Under the pieces are notes generated by a model that had not been told where the DNA came from, ran no database searches, and saw only the letters and a list, made by a program, of their open reading frames with translations. 64,000 nucleotides of DNA from Candidatus Bathyarchaeota archaeon (GTDB lineage Archaea; Thermoproteota; Bathyarchaeia; 40CM-2-53-6): the NCBI GenBank assembly GCA_963726255.1, contig CAVSBL010000002.1:96001-160000 (forward strand). Reading direction: 5' to 3'. Shown one piece after another: positions 37,670 through 46,480 of this stretch; within the stretch, counting starts at the first letter, position 1, and the number at the start of each line of letters is the position of its first letter. Made by a program: the position numbers and the translations under genes.

Positions 37670-38697
37670 ACTTCTGTCAGACCGTCAATGGGCCGGATTC
37701 TGACCCATCTGCGACCTTGTTTTTCATAGAGGCGTCTCCATTCGATAGCGGCTCGTCGTGCGTCATATGACTCTAGTAGGCGGAGGGCGACGGACATCTT
37801 CTCGTGCTTTCTTTCCAGTCCGAACCCGATGACTTCACAAAATCGCTTTTGATCCAGCCGGCTCGAAATGGTGAGATGATAACATCGACGTTTGCTCCAC
37901 ATTGGCTTTCGCTTTCTCTCTTGGAAGATTCTTGAACGTATGCCGAACCGCGTTTCTAACAATCCTTGGATGTACACCAAAAGCCAATGCTTAGTGTTGA
38001 CCAGGACGACATAGAGGGCGAGATTACGAACAATCTCAGAGGTGCTAGATGATCTTGTGTAGACTGAAACTACTGGCGAGCCTTCGGCGTCCGCAAATCC
38101 CCTTATGAACTCGGAGGGATAGACACCTGTAGTTTCCCGAATTCTTTGCCAATCTGAGAGGAATTCAAAAAGCAATCTGCTCCAGAATCTAACTACAAAG
38201 AATCCTTTCTTATCGAAGAAGGGCAGCTTCTTTTTTCCCAAGACAACGCTCGCGCAAGTTGCTACAGTTTCGGCGAATTGCCGATCTCTCACCCTCAATC
38301 GCAATTCATAGTGGAATGCACTGCTTTTGATAAGGGCACCATCGCCGAGAAAGGCGCCCGCAACATAGCTCAATGAAGTAGAAGGACGAAGGTCTGGATT
38401 CGTGCAGCTACCAAAAGGGGAGTTTATTCCACGTAACCAATTGTACACAGTGGGACATGGAAGTCCCAGCAGCTTGGCAATCCGAGTGTGATCCATGCCT
38501 CGCTCTCTGTTTAGTTCTAGCACAACCGGGTATGCAGCCACCCTCTCAGCCAGCGAAATCCGCCTGGACGTTTTGACTGGCATGGATAAATGTCCAGTAG
38601 CTTTGACAGATGTTGCCGGTCATTAGTATGAGAGCTTAGTGAAAGTGTTCTGAGATAATCGCCTGACTTGTGGGTTCAATTCCCGCCCGGGGCTCCA
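37642..38697. mobile_element. ~1 kb tRNA-integrated element bounded by 28-bp direct repeats and carrying only a LAGLIDADG gene
   Basis: gtgggttcaa(a/t)tcccgcccggggctcca at 37642-37669 and 38670-38697 (27/28 identical). Confidence 0.85.
37648..38583 (-). CDS. Free-standing HTH plus double-motif LAGLIDADG endonuclease
   Basis: HTH (RIAKLLGLPCPTVYNWLRG); LAGLIDADG helices LSYVAGAFLGDG and SEFIRGFADAEG; no intein splice motifs. Confidence 0.9.
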   Translation of the reverse strand: MPVKTSRRISLAERVAAYPVVLELNRERGMDHTRIAKLLGLPCPTVYNWLRGINSPFGSCTNPDLRPSTSLSYVAGAFLGDGALIKSSAFHYELRLRVRDRQFAETVATCASVVLGKKKLPFFDKKGFFVVRFWSRLLFEFLSDWQRIRETTGVYPSEFIRGFADAEGSPVVSVYTRSSSTSEIVRNLALYVVLVNTKHWLLVYIQGLLETRFGIRSRIFQERKRKPMWSKRRCYHLTISSRLDQKRFCEVIGFGLERKHEKMSVALRLLESYDARRAAIEWRRLYEKQGRRWVRIRPIDGLTEVGAPGGI

Positions 38698-38967
38698 GCT
38701 AAACTCAAACTCAGCGTGTCCAATTACTCGTCGGTAATGTGCGGGGTTTTCGGTTTTTCTTGTGTTCGCGCGGGCTTATGTCATTCGACACCTAACGACA
38801 TGTACCTTGTCTGAACGGTCGGCTGACCTGCTAGGCGCTAACTGCGCGGGCTCGATGGTATCGGAGTCGTTCCACGCTATCGTAGCAGGATGAGAAGAAT
38901 GAGTGGTTATTTGTGATACGAACTCAAAGAAAAGAGTTCGCGAAGACTTGAAGGCTTTCGTCTGTGC

Positions 38968-39057
38968 TTAGTGCGCTGACTTTGCGTGTGCTTCAAGTTC
39001 TTCCCTTGTTTTGAAGAACATTTTGCAAGCAGGGCAAACATATGTTCCTAGAGACAA
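38968..39057 (-). CDS. Unannotated 29-aa single C2H2 zinc-finger microprotein (MSLGTYVCPACKMFFKTREELEAHAKSAH)
   Basis: Translated by hand; Y-x-C-x2-C-x3-F-x5-L-x2-H-x4-H consensus; GGTGA Shine-Dalgarno 5 nt upstream of TTG. Confidence 0.8.
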   Translation of the reverse strand: MSLGTYVCPACKMFFKTREELEAHAKSAH

Positions 39058-39165
39058 TCAACTCACCAGTTGAGAATTACAGGCGCTTGGATATATTAAA
39101 TGGCTTGAATGCTTCAACCCAAGAAAAGGTAGATCAATGGACCGTGCTAGGCCTAACTTGATTTG

Positions 39166-39573
39166 CTAACGAGGCTTCTTTCGCTTGTCGGTGCCGAAGA
39201 GCTCAATCCAGATTCCGTCCGGGTCCTTTACGTAGGCTAATCTCTCGCGGCCATTAGAGAAGGGTGCAACTGCTCTCTTAGCCCCCTTTGCGATGAGCAT
39301 GGCATAAGTTCGGTCAACATCATCGGCCCAGAACCCAATATGGTCCATCTCCGTTCCTGGCCGGTACCGTTCGTAAAACTTGTTCCGGGACGGATAGTAG
39401 TTGAGTTCCAACCTCTGCGCCGATCCGGGCTTCTTGAGGTGGACGAAGACTCCTCCGTGGTGCATAGTTCCCCTGTGAATTACCTTCATGCCCAAGACTT
39501 TCGTGTAGAACCGAAGCGACCGGTTCAGGTTGCTTACTCGAATGCCAAAGTAAACGAAGCGCATAGGTACCAA
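39166..39573 (-). CDS. VOC/glyoxalase-family protein
   Basis: GIRVSNL.RS..FYT.VLG, LELNY, HIGF, DPDGIWIEL. Confidence 0.9.
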   Translation of the reverse strand: MVPMRFVYFGIRVSNLNRSLRFYTKVLGMKVIHRGTMHHGGVFVHLKKPGSAQRLELNYYPSRNKFYERYRPGTEMDHIGFWADDVDRTYAMLIAKGAKRAVAPFSNGRERLAYVKDPDGIWIELFGTDKRKKPR

Positions 39574-39687
39574 CCATTAATTCACCTACTTGGTTATGTA
39601 AGAAGCTTGCCAGCGTGGGACGGTAAATGACGCGCCGGAGGTTTGAAAAGGCGCAAATGAAAGTTGAGGGGCTGAGGGAAGCTTGGC

Positions 39688-40911
39688 TTGGAAGGTTCTT
39701 TCGCGGAATCAGTTCAGCTGGCTAGTCAACTGCGCGACCTGAGCGATGAGCAGCTGAAAATTCTGGAACGCGTGGATGAAGCGTGCAAGGAGCTTTACCT
39801 TTCCGAGTTCGAACATTACATTGCACACAAGTATAATCCCGACACGCCAGAGACGCTGAAGAAATACAATCTCATGGGCCTCACAGTTTCCCAGGAGTAT
39901 GGAGGAGTCGGAGCCGACTCGCTCACGTGGGCACTGGCGCTTGAACGTTTCGGGCAGATTGGGTTGAGTGTGGTTACGTTCGTTGACGTCCACTGCCTCC
40001 TAGCCTCACTGGCAATTCAGCAATGGGGCAACGAACATCTGAAGAAGGAATACCTCGTTCCGGCAGCTAAGGGGCAGAAGGTTCTAGCTTATGGTTTGAC
40101 AGAGCCCGAAGCAGGAAGCGAACCAACCTCACTCAAGACCAGCTATGAGGAGCGTGATGGCGGCTACGTTCTCAACGGCACCAAATACCTCATCTCGAAC
40201 GGGTCCGTCGCCGACGCGCTCATAATTTTCGCTTACCCGAAAGGCAAGAAGGAAGGCATGTCAGCCTTCGTCGTCGACTCGAAGTCTGAAGGCTTCTCCG
40301 TTGCCATGCACCTCGAAGAGAAAATTGGCCTCTTCACTTCGGACACGGCTATGCTTGAAATGTCCGACGTACGCGTCCCCAAGGATAACTTACTGGGACA
40401 GCCTGGGAAGGGGTTGCATGTTGCCTACTCGGCGCTTTTGAACGGAAGAATTGGGATAGGGTCTGGATGCGTTGGCATCATTGGAGATTGTCTTAACTCG
40501 GTAACGGAACGTGCAAAGTCGCGCGTGCAACACGGGAAGCCCATCGGCAAACACCAATTGATTCAACGCCACATCGCAAACATAGCGATGAACCTCGAGA
40601 TGGCAAGATGGCCAACGTATTATGCTGCTCTCCAGAAGACGAGGCTTGACTCGAACCCTGCCGACCTAGAGCTTAGAAACAAGGTCGACCTTCATTCGGC
40701 CATAGCGAAGCGTGTCGCTTCTCGACTGGCGTACGAAAGCGCCGACTTAGCGGTTCAGGTCTTCGGCGGTTTCGGTTATTCCCTGCTCTCCCCCGTTGCC
40801 AGGCATTTCTGCGATGCTCGGGTGGCAAGAATCTATGAAGGGACGGACGAGATCATGGAGCTCAAGATAGCTTCGTTGATTCTGGGGAAAGGTTTCGAAG
40901 CGTACAGCTGA
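39688..40911 (+). CDS. Acyl-CoA dehydrogenase
   Basis: YGLTEPEAGS, LNGTKYLISNG, QVFGGFGY, IYEGT. Confidence 0.93.
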   Translation: MEGSFAESVQLASQLRDLSDEQLKILERVDEACKELYLSEFEHYIAHKYNPDTPETLKKYNLMGLTVSQEYGGVGADSLTWALALERFGQIGLSVVTFVDVHCLLASLAIQQWGNEHLKKEYLVPAAKGQKVLAYGLTEPEAGSEPTSLKTSYEERDGGYVLNGTKYLISNGSVADALIIFAYPKGKKEGMSAFVVDSKSEGFSVAMHLEEKIGLFTSDTAMLEMSDVRVPKDNLLGQPGKGLHVAYSALLNGRIGIGSGCVGIIGDCLNSVTERAKSRVQHGKPIGKHQLIQRHIANIAMNLEMARWPTYYAALQKTRLDSNPADLELRNKVDLHSAIAKRVASRLAYESADLAVQVFGGFGYSLLSPVARHFCDARVARIYEGTDEIMELKIASLILGKGFEAYS

Positions 40912-41025
40912 CTGCTCATTCAACCACCCTAGCTGTGAGAATAGTGAAAAACGAGAGCGATTACCAAGACTCCCTATTGTACCCCGCCTGCCCACCAGTC
41001 TCGGGCAATGGCCTTATCGATAGGG

Positions 41026-41475
41026 CTAAGCGCCGGCGCGTTCCTTCAACCTGTTCTTGAGGTTCTCTATAACCTGTCCTACCATCTTGCTTGACGTGGA
41101 ATCAAGAAGCTTCGTCCCAAGCCCAGCCATAATCCCTCCCACGTTCACATCGGCAACCCATCCGACCTTCGTCCCAGCGCCTGCCTCTTCAAGAGTGAAA
41201 CCGGTTTGCATATCAATTGTGCTTCCCACGCCTCGCCCGGTTCCGATGAGTTTCGCGGAGCTTGGCGGAACTTTGTCGGCTGTTCGGAATTCAAATTCCA
41301 TCGTCCCCTTCACAAGCGATATGCCCACCTTGACTTTGGCCCTGAAGCTATCCGGGGAGAGTATCACCATCGATTGCAGATCAGGAAAGCATGGTGCGAT
41401 ATCCTTCGGGCTGAGGAGGAAATCGTACACAATCTTTCGGGGCGCTAGAGTTTCAAATGAACCTTCGAAATGCAT
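41026..41475 (-). CDS. CoxG/SRPBCC-family protein
   Basis: V..FLL.P...APCFP and GG.MAGLG.KL patterns. Confidence 0.8.
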   Translation of the reverse strand: MHFEGSFETLAPRKIVYDFLLSPKDIAPCFPDLQSMVILSPDSFRAKVKVGISLVKGTMEFEFRTADKVPPSSAKLIGTGRGVGSTIDMQTGFTLEEAGAGTKVGWVADVNVGGIMAGLGTKLLDSTSSKMVGQVIENLKNRLKERAGA

Positions 41476-41716
41476 GCATTCTCAACCTCCGTTGTCATTA
41501 GCCTTGGATGCAGAGGATGGTAAAAGACTTCATGTTCGCGCCAAGGAAACGCGAAAGCATGATGCAACTTTTCAACCAATGAATCCGAAACTATTCAACG
41601 CTTGCAGGTTTTGAAATAATTGTGTCGAGTCTTGATGCATTCAGAATGACTCCTTAATGGCGCGAAGCATTAATACACTCAATCAAAGATAACCATACGT
41701 AATTCAGGGGCCGATC

Positions 41717-42358
41717 TTGGTCAGCTTGGTCACGGTCATCGCATTTTGGAAGAGAAAAGAATCCCGCACTGCCCCTGAACCGGAGAGGGTCATTCCACTC
41801 CCAAACTTGCCTGCGTCAACGCTGGGCGCTCCCCATTCCACTTCACTTGAGGCAGTGAACCGGGCTAGGGAGGCCCTCAAAGTCCTGAGGCTGGAACGGC
41901 AGATACTGGGCTCAGCGGTAACCACTATTTACGAGTCACAAACGAAGGGGGTCATCACGGAGGCGGAACGGGATCGGCTCCTTGAGAAGTACAAGGTGGA
42001 TCTGAAGAGGCTTGAAAGCGCGATCGAGGAAAACCAGCGAGTAGTCGACCTCTTTGACCTAGAAGTTGAGAGGGAAGAGGTCGCAAAGAATTACAAAGCC
42101 AAACTGGCAGAGATTGAAACTAGAATTAAGGAGCTTAGGTCGGGGACATCAAGGCCCCAGAATCCTATGCAACTGACACGGGAACAACGCGAACGGGCGA
42201 CGGAGAGAAAGGTGACCGAAGGAGAGCAGTCAAGCCAGAACCCGCTGGGGAAGCAGGAAGAGGAGCAGGTTACTGACGCTGAGAAACGTATCGAAAAGAT
42301 ACGCGAGGAAATTCTTCAAGCCATGGACCGACTTGAACAGATTGAAACGGAAGAATGA
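41717..42358 (+). CDS. Coiled-coil hypothetical protein
   Basis: Glu/Arg-rich ORF coupled to rpiA. Confidence 0.7.
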   Translation: MVSLVTVIAFWKRKESRTAPEPERVIPLPNLPASTLGAPHSTSLEAVNRAREALKVLRLERQILGSAVTTIYESQTKGVITEAERDRLLEKYKVDLKRLESAIEENQRVVDLFDLEVEREEVAKNYKAKLAEIETRIKELRSGTSRPQNPMQLTREQRERATERKVTEGEQSSQNPLGKQEEEQVTDAEKRIEKIREEILQAMDRLEQIETEE

Positions 42359-43053
42359 ACTTGTCTTGGGTTGAGAGCGCAAAACACAAAGCGGTCCTCA
42401 GAGCCCTGCAGCCCATAAAGAATGGGTGGATAATCGGCCTCGGCAGCGGTTCCACAATGGCCTACGCCGTAGCCGAACTCTCAAGGTTGATCAAAGGTAG
42501 AAAACTAGAGGTTTCCGTTGTCCCCACGTCGCACCAGATTGAAAATCTAGCCATATCCCATGGGCTCAGAATCCTCAGTATGAATGAGGCATTCACAATC
42601 GATTACGCAATTGATGGAGCTGACCAGGTTGAGTTGCCTTCGCTCAACCTAATCAAAGGCGGAGGCGGCGCCCTTCTTAGAGAGAAGATAGTCGACTCGG
42701 CAGCGAGGAGAGTCGCAATAGTTGTAGACGAAAACAAACTATCGAAACACCTTGGTGGCGCGCAACAAATCCCATTAGAGGTATTGCCTTTCGCGCATAA
42801 GCATGTGCAGATTCAGGTCACGAGGATGGGTGGTAGAGCGAAGCTCCGAGAGGGTCAAGGAAAAATTGGCCCGGTCGTGACGGACAACGGAAACTTCGTT
42901 CTAGACGCTGATTTCGGTAAGATAGAAAACGCAGCCCTTCTGCAACGACGTTTGAAAGCTGTGCCAGGATTGATAGAGACCGGGTTATTTCTGAATTTAG
43001 CTGATGTAGTCTACGTCGGGCGCCGAACCGGCGAAGTAGACGTACTTCAGTAA
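42355..43053 (+). CDS. rpiA: Ribose-5-phosphate isomerase A
   Basis: GLGSGST, DGADQV, KGGGGALLREK, TDNGNF. Confidence 0.96.
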   Translation: MNLSWVESAKHKAVLRALQPIKNGWIIGLGSGSTMAYAVAELSRLIKGRKLEVSVVPTSHQIENLAISHGLRILSMNEAFTIDYAIDGADQVELPSLNLIKGGGGALLREKIVDSAARRVAIVVDENKLSKHLGGAQQIPLEVLPFAHKHVQIQVTRMGGRAKLREGQGKIGPVVTDNGNFVLDADFGKIENAALLQRRLKAVPGLIETGLFLNLADVVYVGRRTGEVDVLQ

Positions 43054-43130
43054 ACGCCGGCTCTCCGTTTCCGCCGCAGCAATGCCCGTGTTACGAACGA
43101 ATAAATAACCAGCGGCGTTTCTCAGCCATC

Positions 43131-44516
43131 ATGCCGAGGTCCACAAATTTCAGCAAATTTGATGAGTTCATCACCACCAACGCCAGCGAAACTAATCTTC
43201 CGAGCGTCACTGCGGGACTAATTGAAACCGGGAAGGCCGTTCATTCGATTGCGTACGGGTTCAAAGATATCGCTTCATCGACACCAGCATCTATCAGCAC
43301 TCTCTATGGCGTTGGTTCAATCACAAAGTCCTTTACCGCGCTCTCCGTCGCGAAACTAGTTGAGAAAGGCAAACTACGTTTCCACGATAAAATAGCTGAT
43401 TTCTTGCCTCTGAAGCAGAAGGCGTTTCGAGAAGTTGAGATCCACCACCTTCTAACCCATACAAGTGGGATTCCTGGCCTCGGGTTTTCAGAAGTTCAGA
43501 TCTACAATACGCTTGGGGCTTACAAGCGGCCGTTGCCCATCTCAAATCTTGACGATGTTATCCAATTCTTGGACGAGGTGGATGACTGGGTTGAGTCGAA
43601 ACCAGGTGAGAAGTTGTTCTACCTAAACGAAGGTTACGACCTCCTTGGAGAGGTCATAACAAAAGTGAGCGGCCGTCCGTATACCGAATTCGTGAAGGAG
43701 GAAATTCTTAGCCCGCTGCGTATGACGAGGTCGTTCTTTGCAAAAGACCAAATTGAACAGGATGCAGACAGGGCAACGCCATATGTAGTCAAGGACGGTA
43801 AGGCTAACCCTTCGAAAATTCCCTATGGTTCCAGCCCCGCCGGTGGGCTCGTGTCAAATGTTGTCGATCTTTCAAACTATGTTACGATGTTAATCAATGG
43901 TGGAGCGTTCGAGGGGAAGAGAATAGTCGGCGCGGACACATTGGAGAAGATGGAAACTCCATACGTTAGATGGCCGAGGGAAACGTTCCCAGGCCAAGGC
44001 TATGGCTACGGCTTAGAGATCATACCCAGTTTCTACGGCCGCAAGGTTGTCTTTCATGGTGGGTCCGTGGAAGTGTTCACAGCCTGTTTCGCCTACTCTC
44101 GCAGTGCTGGGTACGGTATCGTATGCCTTGCGAACGGGACTGGCTACTCGATTGAAAGAATTGCGCTGTATGGAATGGCCCTTCTGATGGATAGGGATCC
44201 CGAGGAGCTGCCGGTCATTAAGCTAGACAACCTTCTCAGACGACTTGAGGGCGAGTATTCGGCGTACAAAGGCACTGTGTTGGCGGAAGTGAAACGAAAC
44301 GGCTCTTTCCTTATGCTATCCGGCGAGGACATAGGCGAAAACATAGTTCTGGTCCCTGAAAGCGAGGATGCGGATAGGGCTAGCTTCTATTCTCTGGCTG
44401 GGACAGCCAGGATGATGGTCGAGTTCAGGTTCAACAGGCACGGCGTCGAAATGATTTACGAGAGATACAAGTACAGAAAGACGGGGCCGCTTCGGCGCAA
44501 AGCGACGACTAATTGA
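43131..44516 (+). CDS. Beta-lactamase-like serine hydrolase (Pab87/CubicO-type peptidase)
   Basis: SITK (SxxK), LLTHTSG, YLN, HGG. Confidence 0.88.
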   Translation: MPRSTNFSKFDEFITTNASETNLPSVTAGLIETGKAVHSIAYGFKDIASSTPASISTLYGVGSITKSFTALSVAKLVEKGKLRFHDKIADFLPLKQKAFREVEIHHLLTHTSGIPGLGFSEVQIYNTLGAYKRPLPISNLDDVIQFLDEVDDWVESKPGEKLFYLNEGYDLLGEVITKVSGRPYTEFVKEEILSPLRMTRSFFAKDQIEQDADRATPYVVKDGKANPSKIPYGSSPAGGLVSNVVDLSNYVTMLINGGAFEGKRIVGADTLEKMETPYVRWPRETFPGQGYGYGLEIIPSFYGRKVVFHGGSVEVFTACFAYSRSAGYGIVCLANGTGYSIERIALYGMALLMDRDPEELPVIKLDNLLRRLEGEYSAYKGTVLAEVKRNGSFLMLSGEDIGENIVLVPESEDADRASFYSLAGTARMMVEFRFNRHGVEMIYERYKYRKTGPLRRKATTN

Positions 44517-44562
44517 GTGTAGGAAGAAACATTGCGAAGTACGAAGTGGAAATCTCGCAGGG

Positions 44563-44769
44563 CTACTTTCGTCTGAAGGGCCAGCATCTTCTAGAACGCA
44601 AGTAGTAGATCTCAAGAGTTCCTAGCAGGTTAATGAAGGCAAATACGATGAACCAGGCTTTCTCATTCTTTCTAGCCGAAAACCATAGTCCAAGGACCTT
44701 CCAGAAAGCGCTCCAAATTACTATTGGAACGATCAGCCAAATGACGTAAGCAGGGTATAACGGAAACAC
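44563..44769 (-). CDS. Small membrane protein (DUF5652-like)
   Basis: WS..WK..GLW.SAR.....WF......N.LG.LEIYY pattern. Confidence 0.7.
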   Translation of the reverse strand: MFPLYPAYVIWLIVPIVIWSAFWKVLGLWFSARKNEKAWFIVFAFINLLGTLEIYYLRSRRCWPFRRK

Positions 44770-44853
44770 GGGTTTTCTTCCACCTCAACCCAGAAGCATT
44801 ATCGCGAGAGAAATAAAAAAGTACTTCCAGACTTCAGAGTATCTGCGAGGATC

Positions 44854-45627
44854 TTAGATTTCTCTCCATCTCGCTTTGGTTCTCGCTACAAGAAATAGGC
44901 TTGAAGCTACACCAATCAAAATCGTCCAGTTAAGCGCTGTAGTTGCGGGTGACAGGGTCAGATATCCAGCAAAGCTCTGGGCCAGTTCAGCAGCGTAGGT
45001 GGTTGGAGACAGGTAGGCGAGGTACCTGTATGGAATCGGAATGTAAGTAATTGGATAGTATACCGGCGGTATCGTTGCGAAAAGGGTTGAGATCAACCTC
45101 GAGAAGGCAAAGCTTTGGACGATGTCGGACGAGAAGGTTGAAAGGGTGAAACCAATCGCAACCGAAGTGAGAAACATCAAGAGAAGTACTCCGATAAACG
45201 CTAGGGTTCCTATTGGGCTCAAATTCGTGAAGTAATATGCAAGTACGCAGAGCACGAGCAGGGCTGGGACAGAGTAAACAATTTCTGAAATCGCCATGCC
45301 AAACATGTAAGTCTGCCATGAGGTTGGGGAACTCACCACCATATCTTGCAGCTTGAAATCATTTTTCAGGTGCGAGAGGTCCCCTTGCAGAGAAACGCCA
45401 GCTGAGAACATGCTCATGATGAATCCGCCCTCCACGGCTTCTCCTATCAAGCTTCCGTGACTCACGAAAACAATGAGAAGCAGAAACGACAGAGGGGAAA
45501 GAACCGTGTTGATTAGAACAATCGGGTAATTTCTCATTTCGTATACGGAATTGACGAGTATTGCAGCGAGAAACTGGCTAAACCTACTCCTCTTCCTCAA
45601 TACAATACTATCGGACATTCTAGTCAC
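44854..45627 (-). CDS. ABC-2 type transporter permease
   Basis: 6 TMs; PPVYYP and SPTTY; adjacent to an ABC ATPase. Confidence 0.85.
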   Translation of the reverse strand: MTRMSDSIVLRKRSRFSQFLAAILVNSVYEMRNYPIVLINTVLSPLSFLLLIVFVSHGSLIGEAVEGGFIMSMFSAGVSLQGDLSHLKNDFKLQDMVVSSPTSWQTYMFGMAISEIVYSVPALLVLCVLAYYFTNLSPIGTLAFIGVLLLMFLTSVAIGFTLSTFSSDIVQSFAFSRLISTLFATIPPVYYPITYIPIPYRYLAYLSPTTYAAELAQSFAGYLTLSPATTALNWTILIGVASSLFLVARTKARWREI

Positions 45628-46480
45628 CCGCTCTCCGGCTCGCTAGGTAGAAGAATATGTCATCAAGTGAAACCGGGTTGATCGTGAACTTGAGACCATG
45701 TTTGGCAAGCTCGCTCGAGATCCTGAAGGCTTCATCTTCGACTGTAAGGATTCTGATACTGCCGTCCGGTCCTGTTATTACCTCTCCCTTTTCCACGGCT
45801 GGAAGAGGGGCCGGAGGTGTTTCGAGGAGCCGCAGGCTGTAATTGTAGTTCACGCTTTGGCGTAATTCCTCCAATGTGCCTATGCGGATTAGATGGCCTC
45901 GGTCGAGTATGCCGATCTTGTCGGCCAACTGTTCCGCCTCCTCCAGATAATGCGTTGTAAGAAATGTGAGGCGTTGGTTTCCGATTTCTCGTAGCGTTCC
46001 CCAAAACTCTCTTCGTGAAATCGGGTCGAGTCCCGTCGTTGGTTCGTCTAGGAAAATTACTTCTGCCTCCGATGAGAGGACTGTGGCCACCATGACTTTC
46101 CTTCTCATTCCGCCAGATAGCGAGCGATTCATAGCGTTGGATGATTGGGCGAGTCCGAGCCTTTGAAGCGCCCGGTACGCCCGCCGCTTAGCTTCACCGT
46201 AGCCGAACCCCCTCCAGAGAAGGTACGAGAGCACCGTCTGCATCGGCGTCATCCAAGGTATCGGTCTAGCTTCTTGAGGGACGATAGCGATCTTTTCCCT
46301 GAGCCTTCGAGCCTCCTTTACGACATCGATCCCGTTTATCGTCGCTTTTCCGGACGTTGGTTCGAGTTGCGTGGCCAAGATCCGTACGAGCGTGGTCTTT
46401 CCAGAACCGTTTCTCCCAATCAGCACGAAGATGCCACGAGAAGGCAAACAAAAGGTTACGGAGTCGAGGGCCTTCGCCGG
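45620..46480 (-). CDS. ABC transporter ATP-binding protein, apparently 5'-truncated
   Basis: GRNGSGKTT, LSGGM, FLDEPTTGLD, TTHYLEEAE; recognisable sequence begins at KALDSVTF. Confidence 0.85.
   Translation of the reverse strand, partial: PAKALDSVTFCLPSRGIFVLIGRNGSGKTTLVRILATQLEPTSGKATINGIDVVKEARRLREKIAIVPQEARPIPWMTPMQTVLSYLLWRGFGYGEAKRRAYRALQRLGLAQSSNAMNRSLSGGMRRKVMVATVLSSEAEVIFLDEPTTGLDPISRREFWGTLREIGNQRLTFLTTHYLEEAEQLADKIGILDRGHLIRIGTLEELRQSVNYNYSLRLLETPPAPLPAVEKGEVITGPDGSIRILTVEDEAFRISSELAKHGLKFTINPVSLDDIFFYLASRRAGD

Noticed and set aside
37648-38583. Intein or tRNA-intron-encoded endonuclease
   Set aside because: No host protein or splice-junction residues, and the ORF lies outside and antisense to the tRNA introns.
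41717-42358. CdvA/ESCRT-III assignment for the coiled-coil protein
   Set aside because: Only generic coiled-coil composition; no diagnostic motif or Vps4/CdvB neighbour.
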